Shown: positions 21,179 through 31,055 of the stretch, piece after piece
How the letters are laid out: the number at the start of each line of letters is the position of its first letter
Position numbering within the stretch: the first letter of the stretch is position 1
Assembly: GCA_963805945.1 (NCBI GenBank)
Contig: CAWDVP010000002.1
Span: 256,001-320,000, forward strand
From: Vulcanimicrobiota bacterium
GTDB lineage: Bacteria > Vulcanimicrobiota > Vulcanimicrobiia > Eremiobacterales > Eremiobacteraceae
Length of the DNA stretch: 64,000 nucleotides
Direction: 5' to 3'
Translations under genes and position numbers: made by a program
The notes under the pieces: model-generated
The model's input: the letters and a program-made list of their open reading frames with translations, nothing else
Databases searched by the model: none
What the model was told of the DNA's origin: nothing

Positions 21179-23857
21179 CTAGAACTTCACCGTGAAGTAG
21201 ATGTTCTGCCGGGTCTGGTTCCAGTTGTACGTCGGCATCACTTGGTCTTTGTACTGGTAATACGTCGAGAAGAAGTTGACCGACGAGTTCGTGTTCGGGA
21301 TGTTGTAGAGGATACCGCCGGTGAACGCGGTCTTCTGCTGGCTGATGCTCTGGTTCAGCGTGTTGAGCGCTTCGCCGCCCCAGCGCTGGTCCACGTACGA
21401 GACGTTCGCCGTCAGCGCCGCGGTGATCGGGAGCGCGATCGCGCCGACGCCCTGGCGATGCGTCACGTTGGTGTAGCTCGGATAGAAGAAGATCGTCTGA
21501 CCCGTGCCCGTGAGCTCCGCGCTGCCCAGCGGGTTATACGCCGGGACGCCGAGCAACGGGTCGGCCGCGTAGACGAACGCCGTCGTGTCCGGCCGGTACA
21601 GGTTCTCGTACAGCGCGTCAAGGCTGACGGTCGCCGTGCGATCGAAGACCGGCAGGTTGATGGTGAAGCCACCACCGGCCTGCTTGTAGACGCCCTGGAC
21701 CGTCGACGTGTACGCCGGGCCGAAGATCGCGGCCGCGAGCGAGTTCGGACGGATCTCCTGGAGGCGCTGGCCGCCCAGACGCAGCTTCACGTTGAGGCCG
21801 CCCACGCGGATCGGGAAGTTCAACTGCAGCGCCGGGCCGCGCGTGTTCGGCGCGAACGTGCTGTAGAAGTACGGTCCCTGCGCCTTGAACTGGTTGAACA
21901 GCGGGAAGGAGAACGTGCCGTACTGGAAGGCGCCGTTCGTCTGGAGCAGCGGACCCGCATAGCCGGCGGCCAGCGCGGCGCTATCCACCTGCTGGTTGAT
22001 GACCATGTCGTTGCCAATGCCGAAGCCGACCGGGTACTGCGGCTGATTCCAGAACGAGAACAGCGCCGGCGGCTGGCCCGAATATTGGAACTGGGCGCCG
22101 TCGATGTAGTTCGGGCCGACGCTGCTGTAGCTGAAGGTCTGGTCGCCGCCGAACAGCTTGAATCTGATGCCGATCACGCCCGCGCTGTCCTGCAGCGCCG
22201 GAACGCGCTGGAAGTCAGGCGTGTACTTGCTCACCGACACTTCGCCGTAGAGCGCCGGCGTGATGACCGGACCCCACGCGCGTGCCAGCGGCAAGACCGC
22301 ATCGAAGCCGAACACCGTGTCGCTCACAAGCGTGTTCGGAACCGCTGCTCCCTGGAAGTAGACCGTATTGCCGGCCGCCGCAGAGTCGCCGCGGAGATCG
22401 AAGATGCGGTTGAAGGTGAAGCCGATCTTGGCCGCGCCGTTGCCGATGCCCGGGATGCGGTAGACCATGCGTCCGCCGACGTCGTAGCGCTGTGGGAACG
22501 TGTTCGCCGAGACGCTGTAGCCCTGATAGGTGATCGCCAGCGTCGAGCCCGCGGGCAGGGGCTGGAACGAGCCCGTGAAGACGATCTGGTTGGCCGTCTG
22601 CACGAAGTTGAAGCTCGGCTCGTTCGGCTGGTTCGCAGCGGTGAAGAAGCAGCCGGTCAAGCAGTTCGGCGGGCCGAGATAGTACGAGACGAAGATCGTG
22701 CCCGGTTGCGCGTTCGCGCTGAGCGTGACCGAGGTCAGCGTGCCTGTGCCGGCCGTGAACGTGTCGGTGGTCGGCGCGGAGCCGTACACGTTCGACGTCT
22801 GCTGGAAGTAGTACGGGCCGAGGTACGTGTTCGACGTCGTGCCGGTGTTCGGTCCGTATGGTCCGGTGTTGATGCCGACCGGGTCGATGCGCACGCCGAA
22901 CGCCTGCATGTCGAGCCAGTTGAAGAACGTGCCCGTCACGTCGACGCCGTTCGGATATGGACGATACGGGTCGGTGTAGTTGATGTGGAAGTTGTCCGCC
23001 GGGCTATAGGTCAAGCCGGTCAGCGAACCCTGGATGTTCTCGAGCTGGCCCATGCGGATGTTCAGGCCCTTCACGCCGTTCATGTTGGGCACGTTGAGCT
23101 CGATCGTCGGATTGATGCCGACGCCCGTCTGCTGCTGTCGGTAGCCGCCGCTGTAGTAGTCGAGGATCTTCACGGGCAGCGACACGATCAAGTTCGGACT
23201 CACCGCATAGGACGCGGTGAACTCCCACTGCGCGCGCGGCAGCAAGATGCCGGGGCCGACGCGGCCGTAATACGGATCGTTCGAGGCGTCGGTCTCGATG
23301 AATTGGTCGGTGAAATTGAAGACCGGGTCACTGCGCGCGAAGCACGCGTTCGCCGGCAGCGGGCCGGGCGGGCAGGACGAGGCGCCGGTGAGCACCGTCG
23401 GATTCTGGTTCTGCTCGCGCTGCGAGTAGGCTGACCACAAGGTGCCGTGGATCGCGAAGCGCTGTGCGAACTGCGTCGCTTTGTCGAGCGCCGCGAGCTT
23501 GTCTTCGACCGTGGTGACACGCACGCCCATGCCGTCGAGCTCATCTTTGTACGCGCTCATCAAGCGGGCGAGTTTGAGGAGATCCGCTTTGGTCGCGCCG
23601 CCCTCGGCCTCCACCTTGGCGACCGCACGCGCGAGCGCTGCCGCGACTTCGTTTCGCGTCATCTGGCGCGAGCCGAGGAATTTCCCGTTCGGGTACCCGA
23701 CCAGGATGCCGTCGGCGGCAAGCGTCTGGATGTAATCAGCGGCCCAATTGTTATTCGGGACGTCGCTGAACGGCGTTGCGGACGCCGGCAACGGCCGCGC
23801 CAACACGACAGAAGCGACGATAAACGCGCTTACCGCGAGGTAGGCGAATCTCTTCAA
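21179..23857 (-). CDS. SLH-domain outer-membrane beta-barrel protein (OmpM/SlpA-like tether porin)
   Basis: SD AAGGAGG, TTG start; signal peptide; SLH FSDVP..WAADYI..GYPNGKF..TRNEVA; coiled coil; beta-rich body ending IYFTVKF. Confidence 0.85.
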   Translation of the reverse strand: MKRFAYLAVSAFIVASVVLARPLPASATPFSDVPNNNWAADYIQTLAADGILVGYPNGKFLGSRQMTRNEVAAALARAVAKVEAEGGATKADLLKLARLMSAYKDELDGMGVRVTTVEDKLAALDKATQFAQRFAIHGTLWSAYSQREQNQNPTVLTGASSCPPGPLPANACFARSDPVFNFTDQFIETDASNDPYYGRVGPGILLPRAQWEFTASYAVSPNLIVSLPVKILDYYSGGYRQQQTGVGINPTIELNVPNMNGVKGLNIRMGQLENIQGSLTGLTYSPADNFHINYTDPYRPYPNGVDVTGTFFNWLDMQAFGVRIDPVGINTGPYGPNTGTTSNTYLGPYYFQQTSNVYGSAPTTDTFTAGTGTLTSVTLSANAQPGTIFVSYYLGPPNCLTGCFFTAANQPNEPSFNFVQTANQIVFTGSFQPLPAGSTLAITYQGYSVSANTFPQRYDVGGRMVYRIPGIGNGAAKIGFTFNRIFDLRGDSAAAGNTVYFQGAAVPNTLVSDTVFGFDAVLPLARAWGPVITPALYGEVSVSKYTPDFQRVPALQDSAGVIGIRFKLFGGDQTFSYSSVGPNYIDGAQFQYSGQPPALFSFWNQPQYPVGFGIGNDMVINQQVDSAALAAGYAGPLLQTNGAFQYGTFSFPLFNQFKAQGPYFYSTFAPNTRGPALQLNFPIRVGGLNVKLRLGGQRLQEIRPNSLAAAIFGPAYTSTVQGVYKQAGGGFTINLPVFDRTATVSLDALYENLYRPDTTAFVYAADPLLGVPAYNPLGSAELTGTGQTIFFYPSYTNVTHRQGVGAIALPITAALTANVSYVDQRWGGEALNTLNQSISQQKTAFTGGILYNIPNTNSSVNFFSTYYQYKDQVMPTYNWNQTRQNIYFTVKF

Positions 23858-24062
23858 AGCGGTCCTCCTTAGCGAGAGGCACGGACGTCGGGGGCCGTTT
23901 CGAACCTGACGCTTGCAGAATCCATTGTTGCCTGCCCGGCGATATCAGCTCCGTCTGGTCCCGATCCGCTTGGATGGCCGACCATCCAGCGGCACAAATA
24001 TTCGGCGCCGTATCGCCCATGAGGAGTAGGCGAAGCGTCTACCGGCAACCTGTACGCCGGAA

Positions 24063-24088
24063 GTTACGCCTCAAAAAAGCCCATTCCT
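24063..24088 (-). promoter_or_regulatory. Candidate sigmaH-like promoter for the SLH-porin (AGGA-N18-TAAC)
   Basis: Minus strand CAGGAATGGGCTTTTTTGAGGCGTAAC. Confidence 0.4.
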
Positions 24089-24144
24089 GCCCTTGGTCGG
24101 CCGGTGCCCGGCGAACCCTCTTTCCCGATGGGTGGGACCGGGAT

Positions 24145-24564
24145 TCAGGGCTTGTTATGGGCCAAAAAACGTTCGACGATGAGCAATGCGGCGTAGCCGT
24201 CAAGCGCTTCTTTTGGCACCAGCAGACCCAGCGGCACTAGGCGCAGCAAGCCTTTGGGAGGATGGTCCTCATAGTAACGCCGGCGCGCCTGCAAGGTGGT
24301 GTTGGTCTCGTCCACGATCGCGACCGGAATGTCCGGCCATGACGACCGGCAGAGCTGGGCGACCGACTCCGAGGTGGTCGCATGGCCGATGCAGATGGCG
24401 GCCACGTCGCCCCCACGTGCCGCCGCGTCCAGCCGCGCCGCGATCCCCTGCGTCGGCACTACCCCCAGCTCCACACGCTCGCCGTCTTCGAACACGATCG
24501 CATAGCCGCATTTCGCCCGGCCTGGATCCACGCCGATGATCCGCCGCCTGCGGGGCTCGCTCAT
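24145..24564 (-). CDS. YqgF/RuvX-like RNase H-fold nuclease
   Basis: IIGVDPGRAKCG, VDETNTT..ARRRY, DGYAALLI. Confidence 0.8.
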   Translation of the reverse strand: MSEPRRRRIIGVDPGRAKCGYAIVFEDGERVELGVVPTQGIAARLDAAARGGDVAAICIGHATTSESVAQLCRSSWPDIPVAIVDETNTTLQARRRYYEDHPPKGLLRLVPLGLLVPKEALDGYAALLIVERFLAHNKP

Positions 24565-25507
24565 CGGCCTGGCGCGACCTTCAGTTCGGTGGTGAGCGGG
24601 CCGCGCGCGAGCACATCTCGCGCCGCGACCGCCTGCAGCACGACCGGACCGTTGATGCCGCTCAGCTCTTTATACGCGCCGGCGAAACCTTCGACGCTCG
24701 CGTCGGGCGTATCGGCGATCGACGGCGGCATGCCGTGATTGATCGCGTTGTCGGTGATCGCGATGCGCAACTGCTGCAATGCGGCGCCGGCGAGCTGCGC
24801 GTTGTTGCCGTTGGCGATGCCCACCGACGCGATCGTCTCGCCTTTGCGATAGATCAACCGGTCCTTGTAGACGTCGAACGAGATGACGAGCGCGCCGTGC
24901 CTGAAGATGTTCTCGCCGGCGACCGGTACGACGATGGCGTCGTCCGGGGCGAAACCTTTTATCTGTTTGGCGAGCACGGCGATCTTCGTCCGCTCTGCCG
25001 GCGTCAGCGTTTTCGGGTACGGCTTCACGTCGGGGATGTGCGAGTAGTGGTCCGCCACGACGAGGAACAGCTCCTCGAGATTGCGCGCGATCACGTCCTC
25101 GGGATCCGTCGTCGTCACGACGACCGGGCGCGAGATCGCTTCGCCGTTGCGGAACACCAGCGGCTCCTCGCGCATGAAGCGCAACAGCTCCTCGCGCTGC
25201 GTCGTGAGGCTGCGGATGTCGTCGCGCAGCGTGTTGATCGAGAAGAGCGCCTGGCGCGCCTGCTCGTTGATGAGCGCGACGAAGCCGATGGCCAGCAGCG
25301 CGATCATCATGCCGAAGCCGACCGCGAAGATCGTGCTCGTGTAGCGCGGCCGCAGGCCGAACAGAGGTGAGGCGGCGCCGGCCGACCTGATGGCCGACGC
25401 GGTCGCCGACGTACGCGACGAAACCGGCGATGAGGACGATGACGGCGACCGTGATCGCCGGGCGCACGTCGATCGCCGCCGAAGAGCGGAGTCAAGAGCA
25501 GCGGCAT
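24561..25507 (-). CDS. DUF3084-like membrane protein; frameshifted
   Basis: IAGFVAYVGDRVGHQVGRRRL..FGLRPRYTSTIF N-terminus typical of DUF3084; TGATG coupling to lptF/G. Confidence 0.72.
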
Positions 25508-26599
25508 CACACGCTGGCCGCCAGCCGTAGCAGCCACACGCCGGCGCCGCTGAACACGATGTTGGGCAGCCACGCCATGGCGAGGCTCAGGCCGGGATTG
25601 GTGCGTCCGATGGCGAGGCAGATCGTCGTCACCACGTAGAACGCGAACACGATCGCGATGCTGATGCCGAAACCCCGCGCCCGACGTCGAGCGCTGGCGC
25701 CGGATGCCGAGCGGTATCGCGAGCAGGGTGAACACCAAGCTCGCGAACGGACGCGCCAGCTTGCTGTCGTAGGTGACGAGCAGCAGCGCGTAGCGCGATT
25801 GAGTCGCCGGAGACGCGCGCGGACTTGAGCAGCGGCCGCAGCTCGATGCGGTTAAGGTCTTCGGGCCGTCTTCGAGAGCTCGATGAGCTGCGGTCGGGCT
25901 CGCGCCGATATTCACGCCGGTGAGCGGCAGGCTGCCGACGGTGCAGCAACCGGGTGCGAGCCGGTACTGAGATGGCGTCGTAGAGCGTCCAGGTCGAGTT
26001 CTTGTACTGCGCGCGCGGCGCGAACAGCAGCGACAGCAGGGTGTTGCCGCGGTAGACCTGGACCGTCACCTGCTCGAGCTGCTGCGTCGTCGCGTCGAAG
26101 CCCTGAGGCGTAGGTCACTTGGGAGTCGCCGTTCGGGAGCACGGTGCGCACCACTTCGTTCTGCAGGATGTTGATGGAGCCGGACTGGATCTCGCTGCGC
26201 AGGATCTCATTGGCCTTGGCGGTGGCGGCCGGCACCACGAACTCCTGAAAGCCGAGGCCGACGAGCGAGGCGACGAGCCCCACCGCGGCGATCGGCAGCG
26301 CGAGGCGATACAGGCTGATGCCGCCGGCGCGCATCGCGGTGATCTCGGAGTCGCCGGAGAGGCGGCTCATCGCGAGCAGCACCGACAGCAGCATCGACAT
26401 CGGGAAGGTCAGCACGAGCGTCTGCGGCAAGCGTATACACGAAATACTTGGCCGCCGCGAGCAGGCTGGCGTGCTCTTCCGACACCAGCCGCGCGACGTT
26501 GAGCAGCTCGCCGGCCACGAACAGCAGCGTGAAGGCGGCCAGTCCGAAGAGGAACGGGCCGCCGAGCTCGCTGATCATGTAGCGGTCGAGCAGCTTCAC
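25507..26599 (-). CDS. LptF/LptG family LPS export permease; frameshifted
   Basis: MKLLDRYMISEL, PMSMLLSVLLAMSRLSGDSEITAMRAGGISLYR, KLARPFASLVFTLLAIPLG, AWLPN. Confidence 0.88.
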
Positions 26600-27348
26600 A
26601 GACGGAAGTTCTCTCCCAGATAGAAGCTGCGCGCTTCCGGCGAGAGCGCGACTTCCTGCGCCGTCCCCGAGACCCGGATGCTGCCCTCGTTGAGGATGTA
26701 GGCGCGATCGACGATGGCCAACGTCTCGCGCACGGAGTGGTCGGTGATGAGCACGCCGAGCCCTTTCGCCTTGAGCTGGCGGATGATGTCTTGGATCTCG
26801 CCGACGGCGATGGGGTCGATGCCGGTGAACGGCTCGTCGAGCAACAGGAACGCCGGGTCGGTGGCGATGGCGCGGGCGATCTCGACCCGCCGGCGCTCGC
26901 CGCCGGAGAGCGTCTCCGCGCGCGCGTGCACGAGATGTTCGAGCCCGAACTCGCCGAGCAGCTTCGGCAGGCGCGCGTCCTGCTCGGCGCGCGGCACGCC
27001 GCGCTGCTCCCAGATGAGGCGGATGTTGTCTTCGATGCTCAAGCGGCGGAAGACCGACGACTCCTGGGCGAGATAGCCGAGCCCCTCGCGCGCGCGCAGG
27101 TGCATCGGCTGATGGGTGATGTCCACCGCCGTGCCGTTCGCACCGCGCAGCAGGACGCTGCCGTCGTTTGGCCGCACCAGCCCGACCACCATATAAAAGG
27201 TAGTTGTTTTTCCGGCGCCGTTGGGACCGAGCAGTCCCACGACCTCGCCGCAGCGCACCTTGAGGCTCACATGGTCGACCACAGTCCTGGGACCGTAGCT
27301 CTTGGTCAGCGCTTCGACGTCGATCTCAGTTGCTGCCGTTGTCGTCAA
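26596..27348 (-). CDS. lptB: LPS export ABC transporter ATP-binding protein LptB
   Basis: GLLGPNGAGKTTTFYM, YLAQESSVFR, LSGGERRRVEIAR, LDEPFTGIDP, ITDHSVRETL. Confidence 0.95.
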   Translation of the reverse strand: MTTTAATEIDVEALTKSYGPRTVVDHVSLKVRCGEVVGLLGPNGAGKTTTFYMVVGLVRPNDGSVLLRGANGTAVDITHQPMHLRAREGLGYLAQESSVFRRLSIEDNIRLIWEQRGVPRAEQDARLPKLLGEFGLEHLVHARAETLSGGERRRVEIARAIATDPAFLLLDEPFTGIDPIAVGEIQDIIRQLKAKGLGVLITDHSVRETLAIVDRAYILNEGSIRVSGTAQEVALSPEARSFYLGENFRL

Positions 27349-27360
27349 CCCGCGCTCCCG

Positions 27361-27927
27361 TCATTTCCCGAACGTCATGGTCTGCTCACCATGCGGCCCC
27401 CAGACGTGCACCGTCTGCAGGTCGAGGTCGGCGATCGCGCGATCGCCATCGATGGAGTTGCCGTGGTCGTCTTGGGCCCGCACGTGGCCGGTCGCGACGA
27501 GCACGTGGCGGATCCCGTCATACTCGATCGTCTGCGCGGTCATGGCCGCGCCGTTCGCGCTGCTCGCGTGCGCGCCGCCGCGGAGCGCGACATTTCGCGA
27601 ATCCGGGAGCACTTCTGCCGTCGGTGCCGTTACCCGCAGACGTACCGTCCCTCCTTTATAGAAGTTTAACGCCACACCGCTGAGGATGCCCTTGGAATCC
27701 GCCGTCTGATACGCGATCTGCGACGAGCGCAGCAAGTACTCCAATTTCCCGTCGTGGATCTCTTTGAGCTCGACAGGCCGGTCCGCGAGCGCCTTCGCGA
27801 CGATGTAGTAGGGCGGCTGCTGCGGCGGCGATTCGGTGGCTCGCGGCCCGGCAGCGCCGCTGCCGCCACAGCCGGTGAGCAGCAATGCGGCGGCGGCGAC
27901 GGCCGCGGCGGGCTGGCGCGCATCCAC
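27361..27927 (-). CDS. lptC: LptC-like periplasmic LPS export protein (in frame with the upstream gene, no intervening stop)
   Basis: Lipobox-like LLTGC; jellyroll-like strands (LNFYKGG..VTAPTA..VALRGG..TGHV); directly upstream of lptB. Confidence 0.65.
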   Translation of the reverse strand: MDARQPAAAVAAAALLLTGCGGSGAAGPRATESPPQQPPYYIVAKALADRPVELKEIHDGKLEYLLRSSQIAYQTADSKGILSGVALNFYKGGTVRLRVTAPTAEVLPDSRNVALRGGAHASSANGAAMTAQTIEYDGIRHVLVATGHVRAQDDHGNSIDGDRAIADLDLQTVHVWGPHGEQTMTFGK

Positions 27928-29152
27928 GCGCCGGGGCACGGGCGCAAGCGACAGCAGCAACCCGAGCATCGGCCACCACAGCAAGAACACGAAGGTGGAC
28001 ACGACGTCGAGCACGTTCTGCACCGCAGACGCGATGAAGCCCGCCACGAGCCCGAACGCGAGCAGCGTGCGCTCGAGATCGTCCGGCGGTATGCGCGCGA
28101 GCGTGCGCCGCACCGCGAGCACGCCGGCGATCACCGCCCACGCGAATGCGCCGAGGCCGAGCAGCCCGTTCTCGACCAGCACGTTGAGCGGCAGGTCATG
28201 CGCATGGACCTCGTCGACCGCCGCGTCCGGCAGCTTCAGGCTCGGATACACCTTCGAGAAGCCGATCGGACCGACGCCCGTGAGCGCGAAGCGCTCGGCC
28301 ATGCGCAGCGCGCCTTCCCACACGGCGATGCGCGAGGTGTTCTCGCTGGGGTCGTGCGCGACGTCGCGGAACGTCGTCGTGCCGAGCGCGAGCGCGACGA
28401 CGGCGGCGCAGCGCGTAGAGCACCATCGCACGCCGGCCGAAACGCGCGACGAGCACCGGCAGGCCGATGATCAAGCCGAGCCATGCGGCGCGCGATACCG
28501 AGAGCGCGAGCGCGACGATGCCGATCATGGCGGCGGCGCCGCCGAGCCGGCGCAACAGGACCGGCGCGCCAGCTTGCGCGAGCCCGAGCGAGATGAAGAA
28601 CAGCAGATAGCCGCCGAACTCGTTGGGCTGCAAGAACGTCCCTGCGGCGCGGCCGTGCTGGTAGGCGAACATCTCCGGCGGGTGGCGCGTCACGGTGAGC
28701 GCGACGCCGAACACCGTCGCGATGATGCCGGCGGTGAAATAGCAGACGAGCAGCGCGCGGCGCGTGCGGTCGTCGGACATGCGCCAGTAGATGGCGACGA
28801 ACGCGATCAGATTGCCGATCTCGCTGATGATCTCGAAGAGACTCGCGTTGAACGACACGCCGATCACACCGGCAAGAGTCGCGGTCGCGATCACGGCGAG
28901 CAGCGGCAGGGTCAACGGCGGTTCGACAAGCCCGCGCCAGCCGCGCCGGACGAGGATGCCGCCGAGCGTGACGAGCGTGGCGAGCGTCATGATGACCGCG
29001 AAGGCGACCGCATAGCCCTTGCCGCCGATGGCCACGCCGCGCGGCAGCACGTCGGCGAGCAGCACGAGCATCGGCAGCACCGGCATGAGGCAGAACATCG
29101 CGAACGGCATCACCAGCTCCGCGCTTTGCGCCGTCCTCTGCAACGCTGTCAT
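27928..29152 (-). CDS. O-antigen ligase (Wzy_C) family membrane protein; frameshift near 28410
   Basis: RAAGTFLQPNEFGGYL, SVSRAAWLG, SRIAVW..GVGP, HAHDLPLNVLVENGLLG. Confidence 0.82.
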
Positions 29153-30321
29153 GCGCCCTTCTCCGACGCGAGCGCGATGACGGCCTGTGCGACGGCGGCC
29201 GACGCGCCGGAACCGCCGAGCGCGGCGCGCCCCGCGGCGGCCATCTCCGCCATGCGCTGCGGGTCCTTGAGCAGTTCGACGACGCCGTCGGCGAAGGCGC
29301 GATCGTGATCGGGCAGCACGAGCAGCGCATCGCCGAGCAAGCGCTGTTGGCGCATGCGGTACCAGCCGCCCGAGCCGCCGTCGCTGCCCGATGACGACGC
29401 GATCACCGGTTTGCCGAGGCCGGCCGCTTGCTCGTTGCCCGTGCCGGCCTGCCCGAGCACGATCTCGCTGGCGCGAAGGAGGTCGCCGAACGCGCCGGCG
29501 ATCAACATCACCTCGAGCCCGCCGGCGTCCGCACGCGCGATGACGCCGGTCGCGTTGCCGGTCTCGAGCAGCGGCGCGCCTGCTGCGGCGCAGGCCGCGA
29601 GCATCGCTTTCGCGGAGACGCTTGGCGCGACGGACACCAACGCCTGCAGCCGTGTCGGCGCGAGCGCGCGGGCCACGATCGCCAGCCGCCGCAGCGCGGT
29701 GGTCGCATTCTTGGGCGCATCGCTGCGGCTGCCGGGCAGCACGCCGACCACTCGCGCTCCCGCGGTCACCGGCAAAGGCGCTTCGGACGCCGCGATGCCG
29801 TCCATCATCAGATTGCCCGCATAGCTGGCTCGCACGCCGCGACGCGCGAGCGCCGCTGCGGTCTCCTCGTCACGAGCGAAGACCGCGTCGGCTCGCCGGG
29901 CGATGGCGCACTCCAGCGCCGAATGCGGCGCGACGCGCTCGGACTTCGCGGTCGCGACGAAGATCGTGGGGCGGCGTGCGAAGAGCAGGCAGGCAGCGGC
30001 GCAGTAGACGTCGCCGACGGCGACGACGACGTCGCGCGCGCGCTGCCGCGAGAGGAACGAGAACTGGCGGAGCGTCAGCGCGAACAGGCCGGCGCCCGCA
30101 TCGCGCGCCCAATTGCGCATGTTCCAATACGCGACGAGGCCGCCGCTCGGCATCTCGACCTGCGGCCCCACCGAGCGCAAGGCGCCCGGACCGTTCGGAA
30201 AACGGCCGACCAAGGGAAAATGCTCGATCGACGCGCCGGGGTCGAGGCCGGTGATGGCGCGCGCCAGATAGCCGGCGATCGCCGCTTCGCCATAGCCGTT
30301 GCTCACGAGCAGCACGTTCAT
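29149..30321 (-). CDS. Lipid-A-disaccharide synthase-related GT-B protein (TIGR03492-like)
   Basis: LLVSNGYGE, MPSGG, VAVGD, GNLMMD, LPGSR, AGTGNEQAAGLGKP, QQRLLG. Confidence 0.8.
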   Translation of the reverse strand: MNVLLVSNGYGEAAIAGYLARAITGLDPGASIEHFPLVGRFPNGPGALRSVGPQVEMPSGGLVAYWNMRNWARDAGAGLFALTLRQFSFLSRQRARDVVVAVGDVYCAAACLLFARRPTIFVATAKSERVAPHSALECAIARRADAVFARDEETAAALARRGVRASYAGNLMMDGIAASEAPLPVTAGARVVGVLPGSRSDAPKNATTALRRLAIVARALAPTRLQALVSVAPSVSAKAMLAACAAAGAPLLETGNATGVIARADAGGLEVMLIAGAFGDLLRASEIVLGQAGTGNEQAAGLGKPVIASSSGSDGGSGGWYRMRQQRLLGDALLVLPDHDRAFADGVVELLKDPQRMAEMAAAGRAALGGSGASAAVAQAVIALASEKGA

Positions 30322-31055
30322 GGATCGGGCGCTCCAAGAAGCGGCACCAGCGAGAACGACGCGACGCTCGGGCGCGCGCCGCGCAGGTCGAGTTCGAGAC
30401 GGCCCGCGTTCTCGGCATACGCGCCGGCGTGGACGATCGGCACGCCCGCGACGATCTCCGGCGCCGGCAACGTCACGTGGGTATGTCCGCCGATGATCGC
30501 GCCGATCTGCGGAAAGGCGCGCGCGAGTTCGCGGTCGCCCGGCAGACCGAGATGCGAGAGCACGAGCGTCAGGTCCGCGCCTTCGCCGGCCGCGAGCATC
30601 TCGTCCATCGCCGCCTTCACCGACAGGAAACGCCAGCCGAACAACGCCTCCCAGCCGCTGCCGGTGCGATACTGCGGCGCGAGCAGAGCAAGCAGCCGCA
30701 CGCGCACGCCGCCCGACTCCACGATGAGCGAGCGTTTGAAGACCGGCTCGCGCCGCCGCAGGTCGAGCAGGTTGGAGCAGATCATCGGCACCGGCATAGC
30801 GCGCGCCCGCGCGAGAAAGAGCTTATGAAGATAGTGGAATTCGCGATTGCCGACCGCCTGCGCGCGATACGGCGCGGCTGCGAACTCGGCCATGACGGGC
30901 TCCTCGCGCCGATAGACGGTGGACGAGCCGAGGAGGCTATCGCCGCAATCCACCAGCAGCGCGTCCGCCTCCACGATCGCGCGCAGGCGCGCGCCGAAGC
31001 CGAGCCTGCCATGGACGTCCGCGGTGTGATAGACGATCAGGCTGCCCGCGCTCAT
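30318..31055 (-). CDS. Calcineurin-like metallophosphoesterase (5'-nucleotidase N-domain-like, stand-alone)
   Basis: HTADVHG, DCGD, GNREF, LSHLG, GGHTH motifs; ATGA overlap with lpxB. Confidence 0.85.
   Translation of the reverse strand: MSAGSLIVYHTADVHGRLGFGARLRAIVEADALLVDCGDSLLGSSTVYRREEPVMAEFAAAPYRAQAVGNREFHYLHKLFLARARAMPVPMICSNLLDLRRREPVFKRSLIVESGGVRVRLLALLAPQYRTGSGWEALFGWRFLSVKAAMDEMLAAGEGADLTLVLSHLGLPGDRELARAFPQIGAIIGGHTHVTLPAPEIVAGVPIVHAGAYAENAGRLELDLRGARPSVASFSLVPLLGAPDP

Noticed and set aside
20909..23434. Long antisense ORF (841 aa) and similar shadow ORFs elsewhere
   Set aside because: Expected from high-GC codon bias opposite real genes; Arg-rich with no motifs.
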